DNA of 55,429 nucleotides, filler included, from Sluysia triapertura (lineage: Eukaryota), in assembly GCA_046118255.1 (NCBI GenBank). It is 3 parts of 3 records of this genome, joined end to end, with 100 filler letters (N's around TTAATTAATTAA, not from the genome) between each part and the next. Parts side by side here need not be neighbours in the genome. Positions count along the whole stretch, not along the records: positions 14,301 to 42,612 come from JBJNIA010000011.1; 2 more parts are not named here. One strand, 5' to 3'. A model generated the notes under the pieces. The model had not been told where the DNA came from, made no database searches, and saw nothing but the letters and a program-made list of their open reading frames with translations. Below are positions 26,650-39,570 of this stretch, piece by piece (the first letter of the stretch is position 1; every line of letters starts with the position of its first letter). The translations under genes were made by a program, and so were the position numbers.

Positions 26650-27200
26650 CTGTAACTTGTTCGTACCTAACATTTGATTGGTTAGCCTTTTTCAAAATGA
26701 TTTCATTTATATCAATAGTAAGCGAAGCTTCCTTTTGCAAATATGCATTCGGAAGCTTAATATCCTTCTTTTAGAGCATCAAGGAATTATACCTGTAAAT
26801 CTATCATTTGCAACAAAAACCACAACTTTGCGGTTTATCTTTGTACATCGTTGATGTATAAAAATAAATATCGTCTAATTCTCAAAGTATTTTGAATACT
26901 CATATCAATTACTAATTTCTGTGGATCTAGTAATTGTTTTGTTTTATTATCAAACATTTTGTAAAACAAATGATCATTAAATAATCAAACATAACTCAAC
27001 GTTTAGGTTAAATTTTTAAATTTTACTTTACTATAATAAATTTGAATGTAAATCTTTGATAAATTTCAAAAATGTCACAGTCATCGAATTCATTGAAATT
27101 TTTTGAAAATTTTCTCTCATGTAATCATATTCAGCGTCCACTTGAATATTTTTCTTTTAATTCTTTTTTCGTTAAGTGTACAAATTTAAGCAATGTTTTC
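26650..27200 (-). pseudogene. Possible decayed ORF next to cassette copy D
   Basis: Protein-like fragments (NIQVDAEYDYMRENFQKISMNSMTVTFLKFIKDLHSNLL; FLDALKEGY) broken by stops. Confidence 0.25.
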
Positions 27201-27889
27201 TGAAAATTTAAAATTTTGAAATTTCACTGAAATTCTAACATTATGATGAGACCATTATCAGTAAATCTGGAATGATCCATGCAAACTGCATGCATAACAA
27301 CATTCTTAAGAGGAATAAAAATCTCAGAACACGAAATACCAGCAGCAGAGCGGACTTATCGAAGAAAAAGTAATAATAGTAATAAATAGTAAGAATAGTA
27401 ACAAAAATAATAATGATAATAATTTTAATCACTGACAAAAACTTTAAAATCTTTCAAAATTTGTTCTTTTCTTTTCTTTTTAAAGTTTTACATATATAAA
27501 TATCTCTTATATAGTATTTATAATAATTTTTAATAATTTTTATAATGAGTAAATTATAAAAAATTTATATTTTGAAGATTTATGAAAGACAATATATTAT
27601 TAATAATAATTTATAGAACGGTGGTTTTGCAGTAATTGTTAATGCTGATAAGGATTGTGGAAACGGTCTCTAGAATATGATAAAATGAAAACGTATTTAA
27701 TGTTTTGTAAATTAGAGATGGACTTAGAAAGATGTGTTCAGTGTTGAATGTGGTCTGATGTCTGATTGTGATATAATAAAATTGTCGATAATGGTTTGGG
27801 GCTACAATCTAGAGATGTCCTCCAATCGGAACAATACGATGAAACTGTCCATAAAATCTTTAAACTTTCCTCTAAATAAATGTTTATTC

Positions 27890-28100
27890 TACGTTCACAA
27901 AAGTCTTAAAGCTATGTTTAATAACGGCCATAATTTAGTTTGCACGTTTCGCCTTTTTATTTATCCTGGGTTAAATGTATGTTGCACAGATAAATATGCA
28001 AAGTTGCAAATTTGATAGACCAAAATTAAGACATCTTCTTTAACTTTCAGTGTAAATACAAAACCCAGGTAACATTCATTTTTGTTGTCGATCAGATTCA
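27890..28100 (-). mobile_element. CR1-like LINE reverse-transcriptase C-terminal relic
   Basis: NECYLGFVFTLK and INKKAKRAN*IMAVIKHSFKTF resemble E+DLGV...L.F and HI...V.KAN..+G.I+R.F. Confidence 0.45.
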
Positions 28101-29539
28101 ATCTGACATCAATGGAGACGATCACATGTAGTGGCTCAATTAATAATATATATTATTCTAATACAGAATCAGCACATTATAAATGTTTAACTCATTACAG
28201 AGGCAACATAATTTCCAATCTAAATCACATATTCTTCGATCATTCTATACCTCAAAAAAATTTCAAATAATAAATTCACAACTTCATCCAATATAATATT
28301 TCAACCTTAAATCATTCAAGGATGATTAAACTAGACAAATTTATTCTATGTATTATTAAAAAATTGATTAATCAAACTACTAATTACAAAAATTAGTAAA
28401 GAAATTAATAAGTGAAAAAATTGAAGAAAGAAACTACTCAACACCACGAAAACTTCAACCTTTCAACTATGTCTTTCTAATAACATGATTCGTTCTTAAC
28501 CTAATTACATATATTTTACGCAAGACCATGCAAGACGAAAGAATTAAAGAAAATTTTACCAAAAATAATGAAATAACAATAATAATAATAATTAATGCAG
28601 ACAAAATTACGCTATTTGGAACTAATGATGTAATGATTAATAGTTACATAACATTAATTACTTCCTAAAATTTTTCATTTTTAATTTGAGAAGGATTATA
28701 TGTTTTATGTGCATGCAGGAATTTGTTTTAAGAGCCAAAAAAACTTTCAAGATGGCTGAAAATATTTACTAAATAAAATGATTTCAAGAAAATTTCGTTT
28801 AATCAAAATGTATAAAATGGAAACTTCATTCCTTAAAATCATATCAAAATTTCTGAAAGATCCAATTTTAATATATTACATGATTACATATTTATCGACG
28901 TTACCTAAAATTATATTCATTTTATAATTTATCATTTATCTATTATTTTAAGTGGATATTTGCAGTTTATTTTTATTTATTTTATTTTTAAATTGCATAA
29001 ATGAAATCTCATATTCATTTGAAAATTTTAAATGTTACAGAAGTGACTAATTTCATGCTGATGATTTTTCTAGTTTGTATTTGGATTATTCTAAGAGTTT
29101 AGTCAATTTACTTAAATTCATTTTCTTAGAATGAAACTAAGTTATATACTATGTCGAACTATGTTTAACTGGCTTTTTAAATTCAAACCAAATAAGTATC
29201 ACGGAAATTTCATGCGAAGTACTTATTATTATGATACATAAAATGCTGCATATTAATCCACTGGGTATTATTATATCATTATGTGCTGTTATAAAAGCTG
29301 GTAGAAATATAGGATCTCTTGGTAAAATAAAAGCAAAATTACGTTTTATTTGAGGGTTGATTATCAATCAGAAATTGCATTTGATTTAAAAGGACATGAA
29401 TATTTAAAAGATTATATTAACCCAACGAAGGACATTACGTTTGGTCGATAAAATATGGAAAGTCTGTATAAATTTCAAGGTTAGTTTACCGATTGCTTTA
29501 TGAAAACCTCCTTTTCGCTTCAATTAAGTAACTGTTGAT

Positions 29540-30035
29540 AGATATTCGTGGTTACGGCGTGAAACAACATCTTAAATGTTACTTTCCAGAACTTCCGTCT
29601 GGGTTTTACTTTGATATGCCCAGAGGTGATGGGGATTGGAAAAAGATTTCCGTCATTGGGTGCACGATAATTTCCTGGTGGCCAAATTAAAGTCAATGGG
29701 ATTTACCGTTAAAAAGGATTTCATTGATAAACGACATCCGGACATCCAAGATAGGACCATAATTCCTCTCAGATCTATTTCGTAGATGTCAAAACCTCAT
29801 TAACTTCTACGACAATTTAAAGTTGTTCGAACACCCAACGAAAAGAAGTACGATACTTACGTTTGTCGTAACACTTTTGTTGTGGAAGCTCTAGGTTCCT
29901 GGAATTCGGAAAAAGGTCTTAATTAAATTCCTTGACTTCCGGAAGGTCAATATTTTCAGTTTGACACAACAATGTATTAAATTATGCATTATGCTCATTT
30001 AATACATATAGGGACCATCATCGAGTTAGAGTAAT
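29540..30035 (+). mobile_element. Non-LTR retrotransposon relic with a restriction-like endonuclease (RLE; NeSL/Utopia/R4-like)
   Basis: Frameshifted but collinear: FDMPRGDG(GL) thumb motif, HDNFLVAKLKSMGFTV, RHPDI, IYFVDVK, NEKKYD, FVVEALGSWNSE and YRDH. This is the RHD-PD-(D/E)VK-K..KY-GALGSW order of RLE domains. Confidence 0.75.
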
Positions 30036-30275
30036 ATCACTGGCTTTAATATCTCTCTTTCAGGGTAACACTTTATATTATCATTCTTTTCTCGCTTTGA
30101 AGCGGAGCTTCTTTATGATCAGCGCATTGTATTTCCTAATTTTAATTTAATTTATATTTAATATTTATTCACTAATTCTAATTCACTTGTTTTTGGCTTT
30201 TCTTTTCCCTTCAGTTTCTGCAATTATCTATTCTTTCTTTTGTTTGCATGTTTGCTTATATATATGTATGATAAT

Positions 30276-30389
30276 GGACTGACCGGGAATGAAACTCGAG
30301 TCCTCTGACCATTAAGCTCTCAGCCTCGTCTAACAATTTTAGATTATTATAGTCAATTATACTATCGTTATTCCAAATGGCACTTTATA
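30276..30389 (-). repeat. TATA + tRNA-like repeat, copy 1 (anticodon arm deleted)
   Basis: Minus strand: TATAAAGTGC..TAGTATAATTGA..AAATTGTTAGACGAGGCTGAGAGCTTAATGGTCAGAGGACTCGAGTTTCATTCCCGGTCAGTCC; homologous to 42525-42612. Confidence 0.75.
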
Positions 30390-32460
30390 TATTGTGATTT
30401 TTTAGAAATTATTTATTAAATAAATAAAATTTGAATAAATGGAAAATAAAATAAAGATGAGAAGATAAGTCTATTTGACTAAGCGGGAAAGAAAGATATT
30501 AATGGTCTGCATAAGTATGTTTGGATAAATGAAAAAAAAGAAAGAAATATAATGATAATAAATAGAATTGCATATAACGCAATAAGGCATTAAAAATAAC
30601 AAAAACTATAATTTATTACAGGAAAGTGACAATAATGGAACAAGGCAAAACTAAAATAATGTAATAATTATAACAGAGATCTCAGAAAAACATAAGATAA
30701 TAATAATATTGCACAGAACAAGGAATAATATAGATAAAGAACAAAATAATGCTATTTACTAGATATTAATAATTAGTACAATAATGACAATGATGATTTG
30801 GTAGTAATAATAATTATTCTATTGTTTATTGTATTTGCGAATTGAGCAGGGCAAGTTTATTTTTGTGAAAGCTTGTTACTAAAATGAGAGGATTTGTTAA
30901 GATGTGCAAGTGTATAAAGAAATAAAAAAGTAAAAATGAATATTTTCGTTGTTGTCGTGTTGTTGAAAGACACTATTATTATGAATTTAATTTATTGTAA
31001 ATACAAAGTTAACAGTGTTTTAATTTACTGTGGTTTTTGTAACACTTAACCTACGACAAAGTATTTTTGAGCAGGGTCCAGTAAACGTCATATGCCGCGA
31101 AGAGGGCATTCCTGTAACTACGTTAACTAATATTTTGTTTGAATATAAGTGCTCAAATAATGAAATTTTCTCAAAATTTTAATAATTTATCCTATAGCTT
31201 TTAATAATTAAGTAGACACAGAAATATTAACTCTATTCACGAAATACAAAAGTCTCATAGTAATAACAAAAAACAGAATACAATAATAAAATGGTATTTT
31301 GCGGATTAAAGCTCTAAGAACGTTTAATATAATTACTATAATCATTTGAGTATGTATTACCCATCAATATATTGGGGACGTAATAATTACAAATTTACAT
31401 TGATTTTATAATTTCAACTTCTAAAGTTGAAATTGAACTTAAAATATTATATATAAATTACCAATAAATGTAATGAATTTGAATAGATGCGGTTTTACTG
31501 ATATTTCTCAAATTTTGAAATGACTGTGAATTGTTAACAATTACTAAAATTTCACATTTGCTCCAACAATGACGTTGCAAAATTGTACCAAATGGAGAAT
31601 TACAAATGACGACTTATTTAAAATTTCAAAATAGATAATTACACAATGGCAATTAACTAAATTGATGCTAGTTTATATACTCGTTATCAGCTAATAGGAA
31701 TCGATGGAATGTTCGAGTAGAAAAGAAGATAATTTTCTTTTCGAAAAATAATTTATTTTTGGAAAATAAATATTTTTATAACGATTTTAAAGGTTTTAAA
31801 AGATTGTTAAAGCATTTTAGATAATTTTAGAGAATTGTAATGACAATCTAACAAATTGTTGTATGTAAGTTGTAAATAAGTTGTTAGATTTCATGGTTGA
31901 ACTTAGCATATACAAAAGCTTTTAATCTTTTAAAATCTTTCAGAACTATTTTAAATAAGTTCTTAAACCGATATTTTAACGTCATATTTTAAAGAAGGAC
32001 TTAAAATCATATTTAATTAACCTTGTATAAAAACAAACGAAAAACAAAGTTTTATAACGAGTCTTAGACTCAATGCAAATTAATTTTAATCTTCAAAGAC
32101 TTCGTTGGTATTAAATTTTAGTAGAAGCATTCATGTTGCAAGTTGACTTCCATAATTTTTCTTCAACAAAATTCATTTATAAAAATCTGATTTTTCAAGA
32201 TGTCTTCTGTTTGTTTTTTATTTGATTTAGTTAAACAATGATTAAATTAATTCCAGATTTTTCTAAAAATTTTCTAAAGATTTTTAAATTTTAATTATTT
32301 ATTTTGATTTCTAACTTATTTTAATTTATTTTAATTTTTTAAATTTTTATTTCTAAATTCTAAATTATTTTAATATTTTAATTTTTTTAATTTATTTTAA
32401 TTTTTAATTTCTTTCCTATTTTATTAATAATACTTTTAAATCATTTAATTTTTTATTCAA

Positions 32461-32504
<44 letters not shown>

Positions 32505-32953
32505 TTAAAGAAAAAAACATATATAACATATATAATGTACAGTAAATCTGACACTTGTTTTGGTAAATATATTGTTTAAGGTAAATTTCAACACACAAAA
32601 TCTCACTTATTTTAATTATTATTCCCGATAAGATACATTGATCATATTGCAGTTATAAAATTAAACGCTCTCGGAGCTTTAATTTAAAAAATCGTCCTTT
32701 TATATTTTCCCTTTACTTTATTATAAATTTTAATTGTTCTTTTTTTGTGCAATAAAGTTATAATCATTAAATTGAATTAAAGTTTAAATGAAATTGTAAA
32801 TTCAATTAAGAAAAAATTACGCAGATAATGAGCATTTGATAAGACCCTAATTAAGGAGCACTGCTACTTAGATAAAGTATTATCTTACATAGTTACAGGG
32901 ACCATTAAATTTACAAAAGTAAAATTTATTTTAAAATTCTTTGTAATATCGTC

Positions 32954-33250
32954 TAACAATCTCTTAAGGTAATTATACAAAGGAGACTTCGAGCGATTTG
33001 ACATTATTGATAGTAAAATTGCTTCTTCTCGGTGTCTTGTCGATCCAAGCACTGTTTGTGTTTCCAAAATTGATTTATTCGTATCATAATCATTGCCTTC
33101 AATATCATGTTCAATAATTACACATTTATTATCTTCTAACAATTTCTTAAGGTAATTATACAAAGGAGATTTCGAGCGATTTGACATTGTTGATAATAAA
33201 ATTGCTTCTGTTCGGTGTCTTGTTGATCCGAGCACTGTTTGCGTTTTTAA
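32954..33250 (-). repeat. About 110-bp direct duplication at 183-bp spacing inside ORF 32885-33370
   Basis: Copies start at 32954 and 33137; both encode TQTVLGSTRHRxEAILLSxMSNRSKSPLYNYLKxLLxD in frame. Confidence 0.85.
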
Positions 33251-34329
33251 TAAATTATAACTAAAATTGAAATTATATAAAAATACAAAAATTGAAAATA
33301 ATCTCAATACAATATTTGCAACTTTGAATTTCACATCCGGATACACGCACAAGCATAAATAAACAAACACATCTAAAATAATTACATAATGCTGAAATTA
33401 AATTTAACCTTGAAATTTAAAAAGTCTATATAGTATTATTCTGTTAAGAGATCAACAAAATGAAATAATACAAAACTTTAATTAAAAAAGTTCTTTCTAT
33501 TTTTTGTTTTTATTTGTCGATTATAGTACAACGAAAGTGAAAAATTAAATTTTTTTAGTGCAATTGGAGTTTGGCTTACGTACAAGCAAAATATTTAATA
33601 GATCTACTTTTAATTATTTTGCATAATGAATAAATTTTGTTTCATTCCTATGTTGCCATGCAAGAAGGAACAAAAGTGATCACATTACGCAATACTTGAA
33701 TATCTCTTGAAATAAGAAATACGTAAATCAAAAGGAGTAATTTTAAGGCAACAATTTATGCCTTAATAATGCACAATAATAATACAATATATATCCTTTT
33801 TAACAACCTCCAACCAACTACATAAAAATGGCTAATCACTGTAAGATATTGAAGGTCGTTTATTTATAAGATAAGTGCAGATATAAGTGCTTTACCAATT
33901 AATGTATTGTTATTTATTATTATTGTGATATAAACGAAACATAGCCCAAAGTTTCGTTTACAGAATGAGCGAATTTATATTAACATTAATTATGTTTTAT
34001 TGTTGTTTATTTAGCTAGCATGAATTAATTTATTTGCGAAAACATTTTGAAATAAAGTAATCCGATATTGCTTTAAATTAACAATAAGTGAAGTATGTAA
34101 ATGATAAATATTTTCGCATCAAGAAACAGTCCATAAAATTATAATTTAATAGTGAAACATACGAAAAACAAAAAATAAAAAACATTACACATAAAAATGA
34201 TGTCCAAAATGATACCATTTAGTTGATAAAATATTATCAAACATTATTTTATGTTAATAAGGTTGAAAAATAAAACAAAACCAAGAAACATAAACTTCAT
34301 CAATCAGACAAACTCAATAATAACTCCAA

Positions 34330-34923
34330 AAATAATTTAACTTGATTTTTTAAATACGATGTTATCTTTACAGCAAAAACTTGTTCATTTGCAGAATTTA
34401 TGAAAATTCAACAATGTCCCATCTTCATCTGATTTGTTAAATATAGTTCAAAAACATTGAATTACTTAAATTGCATTGATGATTTCTGCTACACTTTGTT
34501 GTCGATTAAAGCTTCGAAATTCTGTGTAGAATTCTCTCTTGTGTTTCGATGTCTTTCATCGATGTAATTTATAAATGTTTTTCTTCTTCACCAACAACAA
34601 TGTTCAATTGTTCAATCTTCGAAGAAATTCGAACGGTTTTCATTTGATCAGATGTATTTAAAGAAACAAAACCGTCCGCAGTTTGCCCTACATCTGGTTT
34701 AATAAAATTATTTAAGTACTCTTTCTTAAATAATTTAAATACTTTCTTGGTTGCATAAAAAGTTTATTTCGTTGTTTTGTTTTTGATTTCTTGTACAATT
34801 AAATTCCTTGTCTAATTCATCAAGTTTACAATAGGTGGAAACAAAATCTGTACGGTTGGATGATGCACTACTTTTGGTTGAAGAAGTTGTGCTGGTAAAT
34901 TTTGAATTATTTTCAGAATTCAT
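34330..34923 (-). pseudogene. Decayed ORF, unknown family
   Basis: ORF 34735-34923 continues after a frameshift as KVFKLFKKEYLNNFIKPDVGQTADGFVSLNTSDQMKTVRISSKIEQLNIVVGEEEK, then further stops. Confidence 0.35.
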
Positions 34924-37482
34924 TTGTAATTAGTGTTTGAGTTTAAATTAAATGTCAACTCGATAAATTACAAAATTATTGAACTTTATTAATATAATCA
35001 CAAATGAATAATATTAGCGTTAGTATACATTTATACTACGTATATGTTCATAATGATGGCAAGACGACAATGAGCTGTGTTTTATTTTGATCTAAAAATG
35101 TTGGAAAAAGGATTTTTTTTTAGGCATGTGTGATTTTATAAGGACGAGTGTTGTAATGTTGTGAATGATACTTATTATAATGAGACTTATTATAATGTAA
35201 TTTTTTGCAATGAGGTTGGTGTCGATGAATGTTATGATTGATGTGATATTTAGGTAGGTGTAGGCTGGGCCACCACATTTCTCATTATTTTGTCTTGATT
35301 TAAGTATTTTATATACTTATCTTACCACAACAATTTATCATAATACCTCATCTTAATTTTTAAATAATGTTGAACTTATTGTGTTATCCTTAGTCTTGAC
35401 CTTCACCAATCCCAACATAATAAAGTTTGACAGTTTGTACCATGTAACTGTCAAAGTTATTATTTTCGGATTAATTCGCAAATAATGTTGCAGTGCTTTG
35501 TGTGAAAGAGTCTTTAATCAAATATTTCGGAATGATTGGATGATTAGAAAATATAAAAAAGAACACTTAAAAATTTTACTTTAAAACAGCACAACAGTAA
35601 CAGCAAATGATAAGATCCATGCTTTAAGTAATTTTGGAATTTATTTTATAATTAAAAGTAATATTACTTTGGGGGATTTTATTAAAATAGTTTTTGTTTT
35701 CGTGTTGTTTTTGGGAAATTTATATTTGATTATTATTAAGGAATAATCGTGAATAATAATTAATATTTTTCTTAGTGTTGCGTCATCTATGGTTTCTTTG
35801 GATAGTTTGTTGTGTCCTTCTTAATATTATAAAGATCATTGTTAATCTTGTGATTTAGTCATTTTCATTATTGTTAAAGCGGAAACTTATAATAGCAATT
35901 TGTTTTGATTTTGTAATTATTAAATGATTGAGTTATTGCTATTTATTTGATTTAAGAACGTAATTTTTGGGTTGAATAAAGATCATTATTAAAATAAAAA
36001 AAATTTGTGGTAAGTTATATTGGTTCTAGTGAATATTGAAATTATTTGAGATTTTATTTAAGTAAATTAAATTGATACTGGTTTATTGTTACTATTAATT
36101 TCAAAGACGCAACATTATTATTACTATTGTTGTTATTATTATTGTTATTATTATTGCTATTATTATTCAAATATCATCATCAGTCCCAAATAAAGCTATT
36201 ATGAATTAAAATAATTACACTAACGAGTTTCAAACAATTTCACAGAATTGAGATATTACACGATGTTATTCGATGTTCTAGTAATTTTTTACGCATTTCC
36301 AAAGGCTTTGATAAATCTATCAAGTGATGTCTCATTTAAAAGAAAACACAGTCTATGAAGCAGAAAGTAAACTACGGTCAGACGATCGGTCTATTTTCTC
36401 AGTATTTTTAGTCAAATAAGAATTTCCGTAATTCTTTGTTTTCTTTTACGATTCGGTCATTGTTAACTACATTCTTAATTAAAGAATTTAATAGATACTT
36501 TATGCACAGTGTAGATTATTGTAATAACATTTAGATTAATCACGAACTTAAGATTAAGTCCGTTGAATCCACTAAGTGCCTAAGTGCAAGTTGCATTTCA
36601 TTAATTTTCTACATATTCACTTTGTATTTCTACAATTAAATCTTTGATTTAAGAGAAAGTTTTAAGGTGAAATTTATTGGATTCAACTGACATACTTTAG
36701 GTATTAAATATTATATGAACATTGAACACTAATTAAAATTCAAAATTTACATAAAATATTCTATTTACAGTAAAAAATAATAAATATTTAGTAAAAATAA
36801 TGTAAAATATTTAGACACAAGTTAGGCAATAATTTGTACAAGAACTTCTTCTTTTTCTGATCTCATTGCTTTTTTGATGTAAAATAAATTTCGAACGGAT
36901 TCAAAAAATTATTTATTGGATAATTGGGATAATTAAGTATGATCCAACGGTTAAATCGCACGGAATTTCTAAACGATTTATTATTGTTTCATCGAAGATG
37001 CTTCTTCGAAATCGCGATCTAATTTTATTTTCATTCATTTAATAATACAGTTGCAATTGGTGTAGGGAAGTTTAAATAAAATGATCTTATTATTTCGAAT
37101 TATTTAATGATTCCATTATTTGAATTGTATTAGTGGCATCTTCATATTAGAAAACAGATTAATTTCTCGCACGGTTAGTTTCCATTTCTTTAATCATTGT
37201 CAGAGTTCGTCACAACCGATACTTTATTACTCATTTTTGAGAATCATTGAGTAATATATTCCGCGTTCACTTAGTGCTCGAATCTCAATCTATTTTCGAA
37301 TGTAACGTTGTCGCCAGTAGTTGCACTTGAGATGCTTTTGACTTGGTCCATTTGAGCGCATGTTCGAGAAAGCACGTTACGCCGATTCTCAAATCCTTTC
37401 CGTAGCATTCTGAATAGTTCCATAAACTACGCCCAACTTGAATACAAAATTGCAAAGTATACATTAATCATAAAAAATAATG

Positions 37483-37778
37483 TCAATGTTCGAAGTTACT
37501 GATCGATTTGAGAAAGGCCAGAGATTCCTTAACGATTTCATCAACTTGTTTATCCACATCTGATTGGCTCATTTTGTACTTTTCATAATCGTGTGCATCA
37601 TTTGTTGCCGTTGTTTCCACAATAACAATTTCTGGAGTTATTTTGTGATGAAGATGCGAGTCTGGTCGTTTCATTTCCATTCCAGATTCCAAATCAATAT
37701 AGGAATAATATTTATCGTGAAGATTCACACATGTTCCCTGGCAACTGTATTGATTGACTATTGGTCCATTTTCCGGCA
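37483..37778 (-). CDS. Probable terminal coding exon (phase 1), parent gene uncertain
   Basis: Pyrimidine-rich acceptor TTACTCTTTTCAG at 37791-37779; 98-codon hydrophilic open frame with higher GC than its flanks. Confidence 0.45.
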
Positions 37779-39178
37779 CTGAAAAGAGTAACAGAATTAA
37801 ACTTCATATCACGAAAATTAAAACAAATATCAATGCAAGGGCTGGTCGATAAAGCGTCGCTCTAATAGGTGTGATTAATCGTTATAATTAAAAATAATCA
37901 AAATGGTGAGGGTGAAAGCACCTAAAATCCCTAGAGTGCTTATAGTCTGAAAATAGATTAATTAATTAAGAAAAATGCGTGTTTATAAATAGTGTTTGAA
38001 TGAGGATTGCTGTATAAATTATAAGTGTATGTATTTGTTTTAATAAGATCTTTCGAAGATATTATTCGACCGAGTTAATTATAAGAAAACCTTAATATTG
38101 AACAAACTCAAATTTTAATTAACTTTCAATTATAAAGTAGTAAATTTAGAATGATAAATTTTCATACTAATATTGAAAAGATAATAAACGGAATGAGATT
38201 ACTGCTACGGTAGATGAGAATCTAGAAATAAATATGTTTGACACTAAGAACCTTAAACATTTTATATTAGAAAATTAATTGAATTCTGAAAACCAAAGCT
38301 AAATTCATTATTTTTGTGAATATTGATTAATGATCGTCATCTTAATGTGAGAAGTAATTTAGGAGAAAATAAGCCCAGTAAACTATAGGAAAATAATGGT
38401 TGGTCATTAATCAAATTTTTGTGTTATGCACTTAATAAAATGTGACAAGTAATACCGTGTAATTGTCGGCTCGAGTCTCGAAGGATGTTCAGAACTCAAC
38501 GGTGATTAAATGATGAAAAAGTACAAAAGGAAGATGTAAAATTTTAACACAAACAATTACAATTAAGATCCGTGATCCATGTAGACGGTAAAAATTTTTA
38601 TTTTATTAATTTATTTTAAAATAATGACTAAATTATTTTATATTTAGGAGTATCATTTTGTATTTGGAGAAGCTCCCTTTCCAATTTAATTTTTTGAAAT
38701 GGAATTCTGAATCGTAGCGAACCAAAGCAAATTTTGACATCTTAAACCTTTCACGTAATTGTACTAAAGACCACTGAACCGTATGATTACTAGGATCAAT
38801 GTCGAATAGCAGGCAATACCCAAATTGAAGAATTATTCGAACCTATTTTTATCATCTTCCAAAATAAAAGATTGTTTTATTTCTTAAAACACACAAGTAT
38901 CGGAACTACATTTATCAGTCTCAGCAGCCTTTTAGTTACAAGAGACAACACATGGTTTTCTTTAGTAAAATAAATGTTTAAATCTACAATTAACCTCGCG
39001 AGAGTCAACCAAATTATCAGTTTCTCGACACATTTTTGCCAAGTCACTGTTTAATTTGTGAATAATTTATTAATAAATAATTTATTGTAACGCCACATTC
39101 CATACTCTGGTGATTGTCTCAACATTTAACTATGAGAAAATTGTACAACTATGCTCTTTGTCGTGATTCTTCAAATAC

Positions 39179-39570
39179 TTAAATATCAATTAATTCATAC
39201 AAAGCGCCTTCATAAGGAGCCATAACTATATCTCCAACTCTTAAATTAAGAGACCTAACACATCCTGCAGTGTACTTTTCAAAATCCGTACTTAAATTAA
39301 GAGAATCTTCATTTTCAAAGTACTGCACATAAAAGGCATTAGCATCTTTAACCTTGTTAACACTTGAGAATTCATAAATCAGGAGGACTCGGTTTTGCCT
39401 CTCAGATAAAATTCATCAAGTACAATCTCCGGCACTGCCATATCAATAAATGTAATCATACCAATTATAATCATGTAAATTTTGCATCGTACAGTACTGG
39501 TAGGTTCAGCATAGTACCATCAGTAAATACAATATTTGATCAATGCAACACATGATCCACATCTCTATTT
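39179..39570 (-). pseudogene. Extended-Tudor (TDRD-like) pseudogene, two degenerate units
   Basis: SSVNKVKDANAFYVQYFENEDSLNLSTDFEKYTAGCVRSLNLRVGDIVMAPYEGALY matches eTudor VxHVxxPxxFYVQ-helix-LxVGDxVxAxYxDGxWY. The upstream unit gives CGSCVAL..*WYYAE and ITFID..EIV. Confidence 0.6.

Noticed and set aside
8739-32598. Ile/Leu-rich membrane-like ORFs (8739, 13799, 16961, 20801, 27241, 32416; also 6899)
   Set aside because: Translations of AAT/ATT microsatellites or low-complexity tracts.
36280-36430. LINE RT motif (SKGFDK)
   Set aside because: Too short and degenerate to support a call.
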